Assembly: GCA_964598255.1 (NCBI GenBank)
Contig: CAZRBA010000096.1
Location: forward strand, 2,676-66,675
Reading direction: 5' to 3'
Length of the DNA: 64,000 nucleotides
Source: an uncultured Caldithrix sp.
GTDB taxonomy: Bacteria; Calditrichota; Calditrichia; Calditrichales; Calditrichaceae
Shown: piece after piece, positions 61,719 to 64,000 of the stretch
Layout of the letters: each line of letters starts with the position of its first letter
Position numbering within the stretch: position 1 is the first letter of the stretch
Position numbers and translations under genes: made by a program
Notes under the pieces: generated by a model
What the model was told of the DNA's origin: nothing
The model's input: only the letters and a program-made list of their open reading frames with translations
Database searches by the model: none

Positions 61719-62861
61719 ATGAAAAAAGTCAGCCTAATCCTTTTGGCGCTGATGGTTACCTTTGCATTTGCCCAGCCACCGAAAGGAAGCAAAAGTTTGT
61801 TGCATACACAAAGTGCAAGAACTTTAAGCAAGGGGTTTGTGACATTATATTCCGAAATGAATTTCTTTACGCGCGCCACACAGTTTGTAGGCTCCGGCCA
61901 GCCGCCGCAAAATTTCCGTGCCGCCAATTACTGGCTGGTTGTAGGGCAAACAAGTTTAAGCTGGGGTATTTTGGATCATCTCGATTTGATTCTTGCTCCG
62001 CGCATATATCAGGATACGCATTATTCCAATGAATACAATTTACCGGGCGATATTTTTGTTAGTTTGAAAGCCGGATCGTTCGGATTCATGGAAAATAAAA
62101 TGTATGGCGGCTTTATGATCAATACGCGCATTCCCACCGGTGAAAAGCACAACTATCCATTTGTGGAATATGCCAGCGGTGCCGTTGAAGTGGGCTTTAC
62201 CGGATTATTGTCGTATTATCTGGACCCCTATTTGCCCGATCGTTCGTTTAGCGCTCATCTAAATTTGGGCTACTGGAATCACATGGAAGCGGGACGAACG
62301 GTATACAATGATGGCGGGCGTTATTACGACGCAACCAAAAATTCTTCGGAATTTCAATATGCTTTCGGTTTAACATACCCTACCGACATGTTCGATTACC
62401 GTTTGGAAGTGGAAGGTATCGCTTATATTAACCGTCCGGATCCGTTTGTTTACAGCCGCGAAAACTATGCCTATGTTTCTCCGAGCATTCGTTATAAGGC
62501 TTTATCTTGGCTCTCTGCCGATTTAGGCATTGATATTCGGGTTTCTAAGGACGAAAATACCACGGATTATACGTTAGTACCCGATAGAACCAATCCCAAT
62601 TTGGATTTGCCTAATTACTGCGCCTGGCGGGTGCACATGGGTGTGAATATTCAGATATTGCCCATTACCACGCATAAACTTAGCAGCGCAGAGTTAGAAC
62701 GGGAAAAATTTAAAAAACGTGTCGAATTTTTCCAGAAAATTGTGGAGGAAAAAGATCGTACCAAGGATGTACAGGAAGAGCTGGAAAAATTGAAGAAAGA
62801 GCGCGAACAAGCCGAACAGGAACTTGAGCAATTAAAACAAATTCTGCAAGAAGAAAAGTAA
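61719..62861 (+). CDS. Putative outer-membrane beta-barrel with C-terminal coiled coil (copy 2, paralog)
   Basis: GGAGG RBS; blocks shared with copy 1 (EMNFFT, YQDTHYSNE, KHNYPF.EYASGA, YLDPY.PDR, YPTDMFD); coiled-coil tail. Confidence 0.7.
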   Translation: MKKVSLILLALMVTFAFAQPPKGSKSLLHTQSARTLSKGFVTLYSEMNFFTRATQFVGSGQPPQNFRAANYWLVVGQTSLSWGILDHLDLILAPRIYQDTHYSNEYNLPGDIFVSLKAGSFGFMENKMYGGFMINTRIPTGEKHNYPFVEYASGAVEVGFTGLLSYYLDPYLPDRSFSAHLNLGYWNHMEAGRTVYNDGGRYYDATKNSSEFQYAFGLTYPTDMFDYRLEVEGIAYINRPDPFVYSRENYAYVSPSIRYKALSWLSADLGIDIRVSKDENTTDYTLVPDRTNPNLDLPNYCAWRVHMGVNIQILPITTHKLSSAELEREKFKKRVEFFQKIVEEKDRTKDVQEELEKLKKEREQAEQELEQLKQILQEEK

Positions 62862-62867
62862 AAATTT

Positions 62868-62895
62868 AAATCCCGGCATTTGCCGGGATTTTTTT
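62868..62895 (+). terminator. Intrinsic terminator after the barrel pair
   Basis: AAATCCCGGCA-TT-TGCCGGGA-TTTTTTT. Confidence 0.85.
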
Positions 62896-63067
62896 ATCCC
62901 CGCCAATCTTGCCTCTCTCCATTCAAACCTTTAAATTTGTGCCCAATTTACGAGTGAATTTTCGAATTTTTTATCCGGTAAAAAAGAATTGGATGATTCA
63001 GCGATTCCTGTTAACTTTATATTCTGAAAACAAGGGATTAATCAACTAAAAATTCGGAGTCAAATGC

Positions 63068-64000
63068 ATGGACAAAGACTTTCGTCAGCAAATTGAACAT
63101 TTCGAGAAACGGTTGCAAGATTTACGAGGTTATCTTTGACATAGATAAAAAGAAAGACGAAATTCGAGAGTTGGAACAAAAAACCGCACAAGACGGTTTT
63201 TGGAACGATCAGGCTAAAGCTCAGGAAACATTGCGTGCCATAAATTTACGCAAAGCCTGGGTCGAAAGCTGGCAGCGGGCTCAGGCCGAAATCGACGATG
63301 CTAAAATTCTTTTCGAAATGTTCGAAGAAGATGCTTCGGACGAACTGGCCGAAGAGCTGGAAAATCAGTTGCGAAAAGCGGAACAGCTTGTTTCCGATAT
63401 CGAATTCAGACGCATGCTGAGCGGAAAAGACGATGATAAAAACGCCATTTTGACCATCCATCCCGGAGCCGGAGGAACCGAAAGTCAGGATTGGGCATCC
63501 ATGCTTATGCGTATGTATTTGCGCTTTGCCGAACGGCAAGGTTTCGAAACGGATGTTTTGGACTATCAAGCCGGGGACGAGGCAGGTATTAAAAGCGTAA
63601 CCATCGAAATAAAAGGAGACTACGCCTACGGTTATTTAAAAGCGGAAAACGGAGTCCATCGGTTGGTGCGTATTTCTCCGTTTGATTCTAACAAGCGCCG
63701 CCACACGTCCTTTGCCTCGGTTTTTGTTCTACCGGAAATTGATGAAAATATTGATGTGGATATCAATCCCGCGGATTTGCGGATTGATACCTATCGTGCC
63801 AGCGGCGCAGGCGGGCAACATGTTAACAAAACCGATTCGGCAATACGTATTACGCACATTCCCACGGGAATTGTGGTTCAATGTCAGAATGAACGTTCGC
63901 AACATAAAAACAAGGCCAATGCGCTTAAAATTTTGGCCGCCAGACTCTATCAGCTAAAGCTGAAAGAACAGCAGGAAAAGGTTAAAGAATACGAAGAAAG
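63068..64000 (+). CDS. prfB: Peptide chain release factor 2 with programmed +1 frameshift, 3'-truncated by the window edge
   Basis: MDKDF...LRGYL ends at CTT TGA C (63134-63140); the +1 frame continues DIDKKK...[10 protein letters not shown]...SPF...GAGGQHVN. Confidence 0.97.
63126..63140 (+). promoter_or_regulatory. RF2 autoregulatory +1 frameshift site
   Basis: Internal SD-like GAGGT 3 nt upstream of CTT TGA C. Confidence 0.95.

Overview
Gene-dense 64 kb bacterial chromosome segment, moderately AT-rich. It looks like a diderm of the FCB/Calditrichota type. This is inferred from lpxK, PorU/PorV-like genes and NYPNPF C-terminal domains, together with canonical TTGACA/TATAAT-like promoters and GGAG Shine-Dalgarno sites that are not Bacteroidota-like. 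Most of the window is housekeeping: hisS, prc, tig-clpP-clpX-lon, deoC, glmM-like mutase, comEC, rnhB-aroK-aroB-MBL hydrolase-aroQ-flippase-lpxK, two tRNA-Met genes, tilS-hpt-ftsH-TPR-folP-cdaA, and prfB with its programmed +1 frameshift (absent from the ORF track). The best candidate for an undescribed system is an envelope locus at 52959-62861: a PorU-like C25 peptidase, a PorV-like barrel, an Fn3-like lipoprotein, a miniature Wza-like SLBB protein and two paralogous beta-barrels ending in charged coiled coils. Other notable items are a Dpp/Opp-like ABC transporter with no canonical binding protein, a DeoC with a microcompartment-type N-terminal helix, a DtxR regulator with a 4-Cys tail and a clear operator, a Tat/DUF362-polyferredoxin-XdhC module, a DUF2378-like/SatD pair and a decayed MT-A70/BglII-like restriction-modification cassette. 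No CRISPR array, rRNA, transposase or integrase was seen. All family calls come from motif recognition by eye; no searches were run.
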